A stretch of 64,000 bases of DNA from a virus (taxonomy: Duplodnaviria > Heunggongvirae > Uroviricota > Caudoviricetes): IMG/VR virus record IMGVR_UViG_2541046997_000001, positions 99,307 through 163,306 of that record. The stretch is one strand, 5' to 3'. Of this stretch, positions 8,252 to 17,868 are shown piece by piece. Positions within the stretch are counted from its first letter, which is position 1. Every line of letters starts with the position of its first letter. A program made the translations under genes and the position numbers. Below the pieces are notes generated by a model. It was not told where the DNA came from and ran no database searches. It was given only the letters and a program-made list of their open reading frames with translations.

Positions 8252-9725
8252 AACGAATCCTATGTTATTAATTGATTTTTATAAAGCAGTTCATGCTGAA
8301 ATGTTACCTAAAAATATTACAAAATCAGTTTCTTATTTTACACCTAGAATGAGTCGTGTAAAGCGGTGGGGCAAGGTAGTAATGTTTGGATTGCAGGGGT
8401 TCATTAAAACATATCTGATTGATTATTTTAATGAAGAATTCTTTGACAAGCCTTTTGAAGAAATTATTTATGAATATAAAAGAATCATGGATGCATCACT
8501 TGGAAAAGATACATATAAAATTGACAAAATTGAGAACCTACATAAATTAGGATATTTACCAATTGAAATTGTAGCATTACCAGAAGGTACAATTGTTCCG
8601 ATGCATGTTCCGATGTTTGGTATTACTAATACACATAAAGATTTTGCATGGCTTCCACAGGCACTCGAAAGTCTAGTTTCAGCAGAAATGTGGCATCCAA
8701 TGTTAGCTGCGACAGTTGGAAAGACATATCGTGACATTGTTAATTATTATTACGATTTAACATGTGATGATGGTATTCCAAAATCGAAAGCTCTTGGTGC
8801 ATTTGATTTCAGAGGAGAAGAGTGTTTAGAATCAGCGGTAAAAGCAGGAGCTGGGTGGTGCTTATCATTTTTAAATACAGCGACCGTTCCAACTATTCCT
8901 TATCTTGAGAAGAATTATTTTTGTGATTGTACAAAAGAAGATGTGGCATATGGAAGTCCGAGTACAGAACATTCGGTTATGTGTAGTAATTATGCAATTG
9001 ATGGAGATGAAATTACATTACTTAGAAGATTACTTACAGAAATTTATCCAAACACAAGTTTCTCTGCTGTTCTTGATTCATATGATTATTGGAATGTTAT
9101 CAATAATATTCTTCCACAATTAAAAACTGAGATTATGAATCATAATGGCTGTATGTTAATGCGCGGAGATTCTGGAGATTGCGTAGAAGTTGTAACAAAA
9201 ACGGTATTTAAATTATGGGATGAATTCGGAGGAACAATCAATAGCAAAGGCTACAAAGTATTAGATCCTCATGTAAAAGCAATTTACGGCGATTCAATTA
9301 CAGTACAGAGGTGCGAAGAAATTTACAAAATTCTTATGGAAAACGGATTTTCATGCTCTAATGTGGCATTGGGGGTTGGTTCGTTTTCGTTTCAGTGTAT
9401 TGAAGAAGACGGATTTTTAAAACCATTTACAAGAGATACTTTCAGTTCATGTATTAAAGCAACATATTGTGAAATTGACGGCAAGCCATTCCCAATTTTT
9501 AAAAATCCAAAAGATGGAGGATTTAAGAAATCCCAGAAAGGATGTTGTAGAGTATATACCCGATGCGATGGAAGCATTTATTATGAGGACGAGCTTACAT
9601 GGGAACAGGCTGTTAACTCTGGGAAACACGGAAATATGTTAATTCCGGTATTTAAAGACGGAGAGTTGTTAAAAGAACAATCGTTAAAAGAAATCAGAGA
9701 CAGGCTACATGGAGGTGAATTTTAA
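8235..9725 (+). CDS. NAMPT-family type II phosphoribosyltransferase, NadV-like. It may be the NARP1 nicotinamide ADPR transferase (Namat).
   Basis: LLIDFYKAVH matches the NAMPT DSYK motif. NITKSVSYFTPR, FGLQGFIKTYL, LPIEIVALPEG, GDSGD, KAIYGDSI and GVGSF all match NAMPT rather than PncB. Confidence 0.8.
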   Translation: MSMKSKTNPMLLIDFYKAVHAEMLPKNITKSVSYFTPRMSRVKRWGKVVMFGLQGFIKTYLIDYFNEEFFDKPFEEIIYEYKRIMDASLGKDTYKIDKIENLHKLGYLPIEIVALPEGTIVPMHVPMFGITNTHKDFAWLPQALESLVSAEMWHPMLAATVGKTYRDIVNYYYDLTCDDGIPKSKALGAFDFRGEECLESAVKAGAGWCLSFLNTATVPTIPYLEKNYFCDCTKEDVAYGSPSTEHSVMCSNYAIDGDEITLLRRLLTEIYPNTSFSAVLDSYDYWNVINNILPQLKTEIMNHNGCMLMRGDSGDCVEVVTKTVFKLWDEFGGTINSKGYKVLDPHVKAIYGDSITVQRCEEIYKILMENGFSCSNVALGVGSFSFQCIEEDGFLKPFTRDTFSSCIKATYCEIDGKPFPIFKNPKDGGFKKSQKGCCRVYTRCDGSIYYEDELTWEQAVNSGKHGNMLIPVFKDGELLKEQSLKEIRDRLHGGEF

Positions 9726-10240
9726 TGCCTATAAAAATTATCAATGGAGATTTGTTTCAATCAGATGCTCGAATCATCGCGCACCAGGTAAACTGTCAAA
9801 AGAAAATGGGATCAGGAGTTGCACTTCAGATTAAGAAGAAATATCCAAATGTATATAATGAGTACATAAAAGTATGTTCAGAAGAAATGATTGGAAAAAT
9901 TCAAGTTGTTCCTATTAATAGCAGATGGAATGGTTATAACACTGGTAGCATTATAATCCCTCAGAGCGAACAATTTATATGTAACATGTTCGCCCAAAAC
10001 AATTATGGATATGATGGTAAACAGTACACAAATATTAATGCATTAAGAAAATGCATGCAATCATTGAGGACTTTGACATTTCTAAAGAATGGGCATTATG
10101 GAAATAAAATTGCAATGCCATATAAAATTGGATGCTGTCGTGGTGGCGCAAATTGGGATGAGGTTTATAAAATGATTGAAGAAATTTTTTCAAACTGTGA
10201 TGTGGAATTATGGAGATTAGGAAAAGAGAGGCGAGATTGA
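9725..10240 (+). CDS. Macro-domain protein (ADP-ribose / ADP-ribose-1''-phosphate binding or hydrolysing).
   Basis: ARIIAHQVNCQKKMGSGVALQIKKKYP resembles the macro-domain core. It lies in the NAD/ADPR gene cluster. Confidence 0.55.
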   Translation: MPIKIINGDLFQSDARIIAHQVNCQKKMGSGVALQIKKKYPNVYNEYIKVCSEEMIGKIQVVPINSRWNGYNTGSIIIPQSEQFICNMFAQNNYGYDGKQYTNINALRKCMQSLRTLTFLKNGHYGNKIAMPYKIGCCRGGANWDEVYKMIEEIFSNCDVELWRLGKERRD

Positions 10241-10241
10241 A

Positions 10242-10991
10242 ATGAATTTTAATGCAAATGAAATTAAAACTGAAATTATTGAATGGATCCAGAAGTTCTT
10301 TAAAGAGAACGGGTGTGGTTGTAAAGCAGTTGTTGGTATTTCAGGAGGAAAGGATTCTACGATTGTTGCTGCACTCTGCATTGAAGCTCTAGGAAAAGAA
10401 AGAGTACTTGGAGTCCTAATGCCAAACGGTAAACAAAAAGATATCGATGTTGCAAAGAAGGTGGTTAGTCATCTCGGAATTGAAAGTATTGAAGTAAATA
10501 TTTTTAATGCAGTGCGTGATATTAAGCATGAAGTGAAGTCCGAATTAAATGATCACTGGAGCAAACAGTCTTCTATCAATCTACCAGCGCGAGTTAGAAT
10601 GGCTACATTATATGCCGTGTCTCAGACTGTAAATGGAAGAGTCGCGAATACATGTAATTTATCTGAAGATTGGATTGGATATAGTACGAGATGGGGAGAT
10701 AGTGTTGGTGATTTCAGCCCATTGTCTAATTTGACTGTTACAGAAGTTAAAGAAGTCGGATATGCACTTGGTCTTCCGAAAGAGTTAATTGAGAAAATTC
10801 CATCAGATGGTCTTTGTGATAAAACAGATGAAGATAATTTAGGATTTACATATGAAGTTCTCGACAAATATATCAGAACAGGTGTAATTAAAGATAAACA
10901 ATTAAAGAAGAAAATTGACCAGATGCACGAAAAGAATTTATTTAAATTACAAATGATGCCATCATTTAGCTTTGATAAAAGCAAGAAATAA
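10242..10991 (+). CDS. nadE: NH3-dependent NAD+ synthetase NadE.
   Basis: PP-loop VVGISGGKDS. NadE-like ...YSTRWGDSVGDFSPLSNLTVTEVKEVGYALGLP. Confidence 0.85.
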   Translation: MNFNANEIKTEIIEWIQKFFKENGCGCKAVVGISGGKDSTIVAALCIEALGKERVLGVLMPNGKQKDIDVAKKVVSHLGIESIEVNIFNAVRDIKHEVKSELNDHWSKQSSINLPARVRMATLYAVSQTVNGRVANTCNLSEDWIGYSTRWGDSVGDFSPLSNLTVTEVKEVGYALGLPKELIEKIPSDGLCDKTDEDNLGFTYEVLDKYIRTGVIKDKQLKKKIDQMHEKNLFKLQMMPSFSFDKSKK

Positions 10992-11011
10992 AATAATGGA
11001 GTGTGTGACAT

Positions 11012-11497
11012 ATGAAAACAGTATATATTGCAGATGACGGAAAAAAATTTGAGGATGAATATGAATGTAGGAATTATGAATTTTGTATTTCACATTCACA
11101 TTTAAAAACAATTGAATTGTACGATAGACATGGTAAAAAATTAACCAATCCTTTAGATGATGAAACATACTTTAATTTTACAAAAATTATTATTAATTCA
11201 GAAGAAGAGTTGACGGATTTATATGATGCAGCAGATTACACAGGATTTACCGGATATTATGATATTAAAAGTAGTGGAACATGGGTGTTTGATCAAGACA
11301 AAGAAAAGTTTATAAAATATGTAAATCTTGCTTTCAACCAAGAGTTGTCAGATAAATATGTAAAAATTTTAAAGCAATATACTACAGAGCGTAATCATGA
11401 ATATGCGGATGATACACTATTGGATCTTTTACAAGATTTAGGATATACGGATGTTGTAGAGGAATATAAAGCAGTAATGAGGGTATGGTATGGATAA
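11012..11497 (+). CDS. Hypothetical protein.
   Basis: ORF only. Confidence 0.5.
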   Translation: MKTVYIADDGKKFEDEYECRNYEFCISHSHLKTIELYDRHGKKLTNPLDDETYFNFTKIIINSEEELTDLYDAADYTGFTGYYDIKSSGTWVFDQDKEKFIKYVNLAFNQELSDKYVKILKQYTTERNHEYADDTLLDLLQDLGYTDVVEEYKAVMRVWYG

Positions 11498-11789
11498 TCG
11501 AAATAGTCATAGTTGGGCTGTTGTAGGATTCGATTTCTATGTAGCTAAAGATATTTTAGAAGAAATTGAACAGTCGTGCGGCAAAACTATAATTAGAAAA
11601 TTTATTGGAAATTATAAAATGAGAACAGAATTTACTGATGGTACAATATTAAGATGGTTTCCTGAAAAAAGATGTAAAGGGGCTAGGTGTGGAAAAATGT
11701 GGTGCGATAAAAATATAGATCAAGAATTTTTGAAATGTGTTATTTTACCATATTACAGTGGTAAATATGAAGATATTATATGGATTTAA
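11490..11789 (+). CDS. Small conserved phage protein (WAVVGFD...CGKT...GKMWCDK family). A paralog lies at 26092.
   Basis: Clear similarity to the 26092-26405 copy. Confidence 0.55.
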   Translation: MDNRNSHSWAVVGFDFYVAKDILEEIEQSCGKTIIRKFIGNYKMRTEFTDGTILRWFPEKRCKGARCGKMWCDKNIDQEFLKCVILPYYSGKYEDIIWI

Positions 11790-11834
11790 AAGATTGGCTT
11801 TATAGGATACGATCAAGAATGGTAGGTATAAATT

Positions 11835-12653
11835 ATGGACAATAGCAATTTAGCGAAGAGAATGAAACAGTATGAAACTGTTTCAAAATCAACTTTAGTA
11901 AGACGTATGCCAGTAATTATTAGGCTTGACGGCAGATCATTTCATACATTTACAAAGGGATTTAAAAGACCATTTGATGATGTATTGGTCAAAACAATGC
12001 AGGAGACTATGAAATATCTTTGCGAGAATATTCAAGGTTGTGTATTGGGATATACGCAGTCTGATGAAATTACTCTTGTATTGGTAGATTATAAAAATTT
12101 AGATTCTCAATCTTGGTTTGATAATGAAGTGCAGAAGATATGTAGTATTGCAGCAAGTATGGCAACTATGGCTTTTAATAAAAATTTTGAACTTTTTTCT
12201 TTGACGATGAGATTAGAAGACTCTGTAGAAAGTAATAAACTTGGTGCAGTATATAAACAAGCAATGAATAAAGGTGCAATGTTTGATGCAAGATGTTTCA
12301 ATATTCCAAAAGAAGAAGTAACTAATAATATTTACTGGAGACAACTTGATGCAACGAGAAATTCTATTCAAATGGTAGGACAAGCTAATTTTTCACATAA
12401 AGAATTACAGAATAAATCATGCAACCAAATTCAAGATATGTTGTTTACACAAAAGGGAATTAATTGGAATGACATTTCTATATATTTAAAAAGAGGAAGT
12501 TGCTGCATTAGAGAGAATTATATTTTTGAAAATTCAAACCTAAATGGAGAGATGTGTGTAGAACGAACTCGTTGGATAATCGACAAAGAAATCCCTATTT
12601 TTAAGGGTGAGAGTAGAGAATATATTGATAGATTGGTATATGTAGGAGAATAA
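11835..12653 (+). CDS. Thg1-like protein (tRNA-His guanylyltransferase family, 3'-5' nucleotidyltransferase for tRNA 5'-end repair).
   Basis: N-terminal MPVIIRLDGRSFHTFTKGF...QSDEITLVL matches the Thg1/TLP catalytic palm motifs. Confidence 0.7.
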   Translation: MDNSNLAKRMKQYETVSKSTLVRRMPVIIRLDGRSFHTFTKGFKRPFDDVLVKTMQETMKYLCENIQGCVLGYTQSDEITLVLVDYKNLDSQSWFDNEVQKICSIAASMATMAFNKNFELFSLTMRLEDSVESNKLGAVYKQAMNKGAMFDARCFNIPKEEVTNNIYWRQLDATRNSIQMVGQANFSHKELQNKSCNQIQDMLFTQKGINWNDISIYLKRGSCCIRENYIFENSNLNGEMCVERTRWIIDKEIPIFKGESREYIDRLVYVGE

Positions 12654-12657
12654 AACT

Positions 12658-13077
12658 GTGATTTCAAAAGGAGAAATAATGAAGAAAAAAGACAGGTATA
12701 AACTACTTTTACATGCAAAAGATCAGTATTCAAAGGATTTTAATCGTGACTATGAGTTTAAGCATTTATCAAAAAATACATTACATAAATTACTAAAGCA
12801 ATACAAGCATTCGTGTATGACTGAATGGAGCTATTGTTGCTATGGATTGTATCAAAATTGTTGGCAGGAACCATATTTTGAAGGAAATTGGGATATGTCT
12901 CAGGAAAGAGTTGACGACGTGATCAGATATGTTATTGATAAAACTGCTAAGATCTGCAGAAAAGATAGCAGAATCTTGTATTGCAAAGATAATAATGAGA
13001 TAAACATTGTAATTGTGGCAAGAGATGTATGCAAAAATGATTACTTGATTACATTTACAAATGAGGAAATGGAATGA
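12658..13077 (+). CDS. Hypothetical protein.
   Basis: ORF with RBS AAAGGAGAAATA. Confidence 0.5.
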   Translation: MISKGEIMKKKDRYKLLLHAKDQYSKDFNRDYEFKHLSKNTLHKLLKQYKHSCMTEWSYCCYGLYQNCWQEPYFEGNWDMSQERVDDVIRYVIDKTAKICRKDSRILYCKDNNEINIVIVARDVCKNDYLITFTNEEME

Positions 13078-13418
13078 TGAATGTAATTGTTTTAAGTAAA
13101 AGAGAACCGAATATAATTGATGTAGAATACTGGTGCGAAATTACGGAATATCTGGATGAATACATTAGGAAAAATTATGGTAAGTTTAATCATTATTTTA
13201 GATGTTACATATATGACTGCAGAAGCCGGTACAATAATACAATAGCGATTCGTATGCCAGGATCAACAATTGGATGCATTCAGTTTGACGACGAAAATGT
13301 AATTACAGAATGTTGTATTTATGATGATGTAATATCTAAGAGTAGATGTTTTTCTGAAGACATCAATGAACGACTAAAACGGTTTGTTGGAAGAACATTG
13401 AAATTTCAAGAAGAATAG
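13074..13418 (+). CDS. Hypothetical protein.
   Basis: ORF that overlaps the previous stop (ATGA). Confidence 0.5.
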   Translation: MMNVIVLSKREPNIIDVEYWCEITEYLDEYIRKNYGKFNHYFRCYIYDCRSRYNNTIAIRMPGSTIGCIQFDDENVITECCIYDDVISKSRCFSEDINERLKRFVGRTLKFQEE

Positions 13419-13740
13419 AGGTAAAAAATATTAATACGTATAAAATTAGAGATGCAATTTTTGTCAATTTTGAAACTGGTAAGAAAATAAATGTAGATAA
13501 TGCTTCTGTGTCGATTGAAAATGAAGAAATAGATTGTAATAATAATCAGTCAAATTACAAAAATATGAATCTCAAGGATAAAACTTTCGTATGCGAACTT
13601 GCATATATCAATAAGAAGAAATTGTACGAAGTGTTATATGGGACTACAAATAATTACAGGCGATTGCATGGTGGACATGCATTGCGAGAAGTCACTAGAA
13701 GAAGATACATAATGAAACATAGAAGATAAGTGAATAAAAA

Positions 13741-13778
13741 AGACACACATCTCCGCGACCAAACTTTGATGTGTGTCT
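13741..13778. promoter_or_regulatory. Perfect 11-bp inverted repeat (AGACACACATC / GATGTGTGTCT) with a GC-rich 16-nt loop, in a roughly 470-bp gene-poor gap.
   Basis: Directly visible. An A-run lies upstream, so it would act as an intrinsic terminator on the minus strand only. Confidence 0.4.
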
Positions 13779-13886
13779 GTAAACACAAATACATTGAACA
13801 ATTTGGAATTCAATGCAACTACTATATTACATATCTTTTTATGCTAAGTCAAGCATTGGTTTCCAAATTTAGAAAATTAAATATAG

Positions 13887-14729
13887 GTGGGAGTGATAAT
13901 TATCGGAGAGTACAAGCCAATAAATTTTACATATTATGATCCGAGAACCAGCATTTTTAAATCTGGGAAAAGTGACAGAGAAAGTATTTCTGTTTACAAG
14001 TGTAATAATTGCGAAAATTGCGATGCTTATAAGCGTAAATGTTGTGTGATGCTGAGTAGGTTATTATGGCGGCATAAGTGTCCTTACGGCACAATTGAAA
14101 AGAAAGAAGGTTTTACAAAAGCAGCACGCAAATGTGGATATTTATTAAGTGAATATGAGGGGAAATACGGATATGTTAAATATGAGTTAAAACCATTAAA
14201 TTTTGTATGTGAAATTGGAGATTATGTTTATCTTGGATTGCCACATCTTAATGGATATAATAATCCGATTCGAAATAGTGATTTCTTTGTAGATGATGAC
14301 ATGATTAAGAAAGAAGATTTTACACCTGAATTTATTGTGGAACTTATTAAATATAGACCATGTGCGCTCATGGGTGGAGAAATTTCTTCTTATCAGAAAG
14401 AATATGTCCCAAAGTTTTGTGACCAACTAAAAAGATTCATGCCAGACATGTATAAGAAAGTTTATGAAATTTATCCAGGCATTGAACAGATGGTTGAGAG
14501 TATTGACTATACAGGGAAAAGAGCAAAGTTAACGACGCTTCTTCCCGGAGAAGTTAAACTATCGACAGATATTCTTGAATGGGATGGTGAATTATTACAT
14601 GGGAAAGGTAAACAAATTTCATTTTGGAAACTAAGCAATGAAGAAGTAACCATCATTCCAAATGAAAAAACAATGGTGACAATTTGTGATAATTCAACTG
14701 TGACTGAAGAAACAGAATTTGAAGAATAA
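13887..14729 (+). CDS. Hypothetical protein.
   Basis: 280-aa ORF. Confidence 0.5.
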   Translation: MGVIIIGEYKPINFTYYDPRTSIFKSGKSDRESISVYKCNNCENCDAYKRKCCVMLSRLLWRHKCPYGTIEKKEGFTKAARKCGYLLSEYEGKYGYVKYELKPLNFVCEIGDYVYLGLPHLNGYNNPIRNSDFFVDDDMIKKEDFTPEFIVELIKYRPCALMGGEISSYQKEYVPKFCDQLKRFMPDMYKKVYEIYPGIEQMVESIDYTGKRAKLTTLLPGEVKLSTDILEWDGELLHGKGKQISFWKLSNEEVTIIPNEKTMVTICDNSTVTEETEFEE

Positions 14730-14907
14730 GGGGAGAATAAGATGAAATGTCATAAATGTGGAAATTCAAAAATAGAGAAAGAAGATAATTTTTGTGTTGC
14801 ATGTGGAGCAAAACTTAAGAAAACATGCAATTGTTGGGTAATAAAAAAGAAGAACTACAATTGTGGAGAAAATAGTTGTCCAGGATACAAAATATTAATA
14901 AATAGAG

Positions 14908-15258
14908 GTGTTTAAAATAAAGCATAAAGTTGGAGATAGAGTTAGAATTCGTCCTGATTTAAGAACAGATATTAATTACGAAGGAGTCGAAGCCGTAGAC
15001 GAAATGTGTACTATGCAAGGACAGATTATGAAAATCAGTGAAGTATGCACAGAGAATAAATATTATCTTATGGAAGAAGATCATGGGGATTTCTTGTGGA
15101 CGGACGAAATGTTTGATAGTTCCATGACAAATGGAGAAATGATTCGTTCAATGTCAGATGAGGAATTAGCTGATTGGTTAGTAGAGGTGTATAAGAATAC
15201 GAAAACATTTGATGAGATATATGATTGGCTAAAAGAAGGATGGTGTGAAGGTGAATAA
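14908..15258 (+). CDS. Hypothetical protein.
   Basis: ORF only. Confidence 0.45.
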   Translation: MFKIKHKVGDRVRIRPDLRTDINYEGVEAVDEMCTMQGQIMKISEVCTENKYYLMEEDHGDFLWTDEMFDSSMTNGEMIRSMSDEELADWLVEVYKNTKTFDEIYDWLKEGWCEGE

Positions 15259-15466
15259 AGAAGCGTATAAAAAAGCAACACGACTAAACGATGATATTTG
15301 GTTGATTAATTATCATTTAAGCAAAGCAAAAGAAGACAAAACATGGATTACAATTTCAACACCATTTAGAAAAGATGAACTTCTTTCTTCAAGATTCCAA
15401 AGAGAATTAATTGAGTGGTTAGAGAAAAAGATGGCTGAATATCAGAAAGAATTTGACGAGTTATAA
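15245..15466 (+). CDS. Hypothetical protein.
   Basis: ORF only. Confidence 0.4.
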   Translation: MKVNKEAYKKATRLNDDIWLINYHLSKAKEDKTWITISTPFRKDELLSSRFQRELIEWLEKKMAEYQKEFDEL

Positions 15467-15772
15467 GATATGAGGTGCGAAATAAATGGAAGATAAACAT
15501 GACGAGTATTCGCTAGAAACGGATGATATTAAGTTCATTTGGGGCAAGAAATCATGAACTGATTTATCTGATTCGGGTGCAAATCTATATACAATGAATG
15601 ATATTAATATTGTGTATGAAAAGGAAAACAACAAATACGTTCTTGGAATTGAAACAGCCTATATATTTGAAAATCATGCCGCAGAATGTAGTTACCTTAA
15701 AGATTGTTTGGCAGCATTTACAAAATACATGGATGATAACAGATTGAAAAAGAATGAGCCATATCGATTTTT

Positions 15773-16048
15773 ATGAATGATCTTTGTACAAATATGAGAG
15801 CTGATAGTATCGGAGAATTATATACAAACTTTAAAATTTTTGTAGATGGATTTTGTAATCAAGACATAGATACACATGTATGCGAATATTGCGATACTGG
15901 ACTTCCTTTGGCATTTGGCAGAACAAATTCGCAACAGATTTCTATCAGACATCAAAACGAATTAATTGCTTGTGCTTACGATAAAAAAGTAGCAGCAGGA
16001 AAAATTAAATATTGTCCTATGTGCGGTAAGAAATTGAAAGAGGAATAA
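15773..16048 (+). CDS. Zinc-ribbon protein.
   Basis: CEYC...CPMCGKK motifs. Confidence 0.45.
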   Translation: MNDLCTNMRADSIGELYTNFKIFVDGFCNQDIDTHVCEYCDTGLPLAFGRTNSQQISIRHQNELIACAYDKKVAAGKIKYCPMCGKKLKEE

Positions 16049-16109
16049 AACGAATAATGGATAAGTTATCAAATGAAAACTGGATTTCAAACAGACTGGA
16101 GGAACAAAA

Positions 16110-16391
16110 GTGAAACCAAAACTTGGTAGAAAAGTATACTGCATTTATGAAACAGGAATCATGGTTGATTATGTTGGTTATGTAGGGAAAGATAGCTTTA
16201 TAGTTGATAGTTATGGGGTTTGTAAAGAATCAGATAGCTGGGAATGGGATTATGATTTATATGGTGAAAAATGGTTCACAAGTTTGTCTAAAGCTAAAAA
16301 GAAACTAATTGATATGTATAAAGATAAATATGAAAACAAATTAAAAATAGTGAAAATTGCAGATGATTGGTATGCGCTTGAGTTTTGTTAA
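16110..16391 (+). CDS. Hypothetical protein.
   Basis: ORF only. Confidence 0.45.
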   Translation: MKPKLGRKVYCIYETGIMVDYVGYVGKDSFIVDSYGVCKESDSWEWDYDLYGEKWFTSLSKAKKKLIDMYKDKYENKLKIVKIADDWYALEFC

Positions 16392-16414
16392 TATGGGAGA
16401 AGGTGGTATAGAAA

Positions 16415-16693
16415 ATGAATAAAGATTGGGCTTCAGTTAAAAAGATTGGGCTCCCAGAATTAGAAGAAGTTTCAACAACTAATTTCAGTTCTGTATATAA
16501 AAGCAAAGAAGTTCTAATTCAAACCAAACGAGGCGAGCGATTTGTGGCATATTGTAGAAAAGAAATGTACGCGAATAAGAAATGGAAAGATGAAGTTTAT
16601 TGGTTTATATATGGAACAGGCGGAAGAAAAATGAAAGTTATGAGTAAGGTAATTGCTTGGATGGAATTACCGAAGAAGTATGAAGGAGAATAG
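16415..16693 (+). CDS. Hypothetical protein.
   Basis: ORF only. Confidence 0.45.
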   Translation: MNKDWASVKKIGLPELEEVSTTNFSSVYKSKEVLIQTKRGERFVAYCRKEMYANKKWKDEVYWFIYGTGGRKMKVMSKVIAWMELPKKYEGE

Positions 16694-17336
16694 TACAGTG
16701 AATAAATATTTAAGTATTATTACAAACTTTGGGTGTCATTATACATGTCCGTATTGCATTGTAAAAGAAAACGATTTAAAGATCCCTAAAACAACTATTG
16801 AAGGTCTTCACAAGTTGCTGCCTGATATTAATAAATATTGTTGTGATATTATCTCTGTTTCGGGAGGTGGCGATCCGTTACATAATTACAAAGAAAACAA
16901 AGATTGGTGGGAGGCACTTTTTAAAAAAGCTGATTCATATCATTTGCCAATAGAGATTCATACATCTTACATTGATAATTTAGGAGTGAACGAATTAGCA
17001 GCCAAAACAAAACGAATGGTATATCATCTTAGAGATTTTTCGCAACTTAAAAAAATTAAAAAGTTTGGAAATGAAATCATTCGTGTTGTATATGTCGTGA
17101 CGAAGGATTTTACATTACAACAGTTGATGGATATAAGTATGTTTGTTAAGAATTCAGATTGTGTTGATGAATTGAGTTTTAGACAGATGGTAAATTCGGA
17201 TTATCAGGAAGAACATTATTTAGAAGATTACTTGAAATTAGGGCATAAGAAATTATGGTACTATATTGAGCAAAATGATTACAATCTATATTATGCGGAG
17301 AATAAAATTTATACAAGTTTTGAAGAGTTTAATTAG
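16653..17336 (+). CDS. Small radical-SAM enzyme (single 4Fe-4S cluster; NrdG/QueE-like activase fold). The likely start is near 16680-16700.
   Basis: CHYTCPYC (CX3CX2C) motif and glycine-rich ISVSGGGDPL SAM motif. Confidence 0.6.
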   Translation: MLGWNYRRSMKENSTVNKYLSIITNFGCHYTCPYCIVKENDLKIPKTTIEGLHKLLPDINKYCCDIISVSGGGDPLHNYKENKDWWEALFKKADSYHLPIEIHTSYIDNLGVNELAAKTKRMVYHLRDFSQLKKIKKFGNEIIRVVYVVTKDFTLQQLMDISMFVKNSDCVDELSFRQMVNSDYQEEHYLEDYLKLGHKKLWYYIEQNDYNLYYAENKIYTSFEEFN

Positions 17337-17598
17337 TGATGTGGATTTAAGGAGAGAACAAGAATACATTAAGAATTTTTTTGAAGAGTTAACGGATAAA
17401 GAGTTTATGCAGATGCTTGATGAATATGGAAATAATCTAATATTACCTACAAAACAAATTTATTCGGAGTTGGTTAAGGAAGGATTTTATGATTAAAGAA
17501 TTTTGTTTAGCATGGGAGAAAAGTAAAGACAAGCTTGAGAAGTATTTCAGAAATATACAAGACAGGACGAATATGATGAGTACAGAAATTTAGTTGGA

Positions 17599-17868
17599 TT
17601 GCTATTTGATATTGTTATTAATCCTGAATTTGGAGGTTGGGATACTAACAAATTTGATACAAAAAATATTTTGACAATTGATGACGGAGATTATCAAGGA
17701 GCAGAAATTTTTATTTTGCATAAGGATGTGTACCAGCCAGATATTGAAGATTATGTATATACAAATACATATTATGGTTCATGCAGTGGATGTGACGCAT
17801 TACTTGGAATTAATGAGTATGAAGATGGTGTCTCGAGTGATTCGCAAGTGAACGATTACATGGATTGA
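17599..17868 (+). CDS. Hypothetical protein.
   Basis: ORF only. Confidence 0.4.
   Translation: MLFDIVINPEFGGWDTNKFDTKNILTIDDGDYQGAEIFILHKDVYQPDIEDYVYTNTYYGSCSGCDALLGINEYEDGVSSDSQVNDYMD

Noticed and set aside
8235-9725. Nicotinate phosphoribosyltransferase PncB, which would complete a PncA-PncB-NadE Preiss-Handler set.
   Set aside because: The N-terminal and central motifs (DFYK...H, SYF..R, GLQ..I..YL, LPIEI.A.PEG, GDSGD) match the NAMPT/NadV branch specifically. The assignment still needs a profile search.
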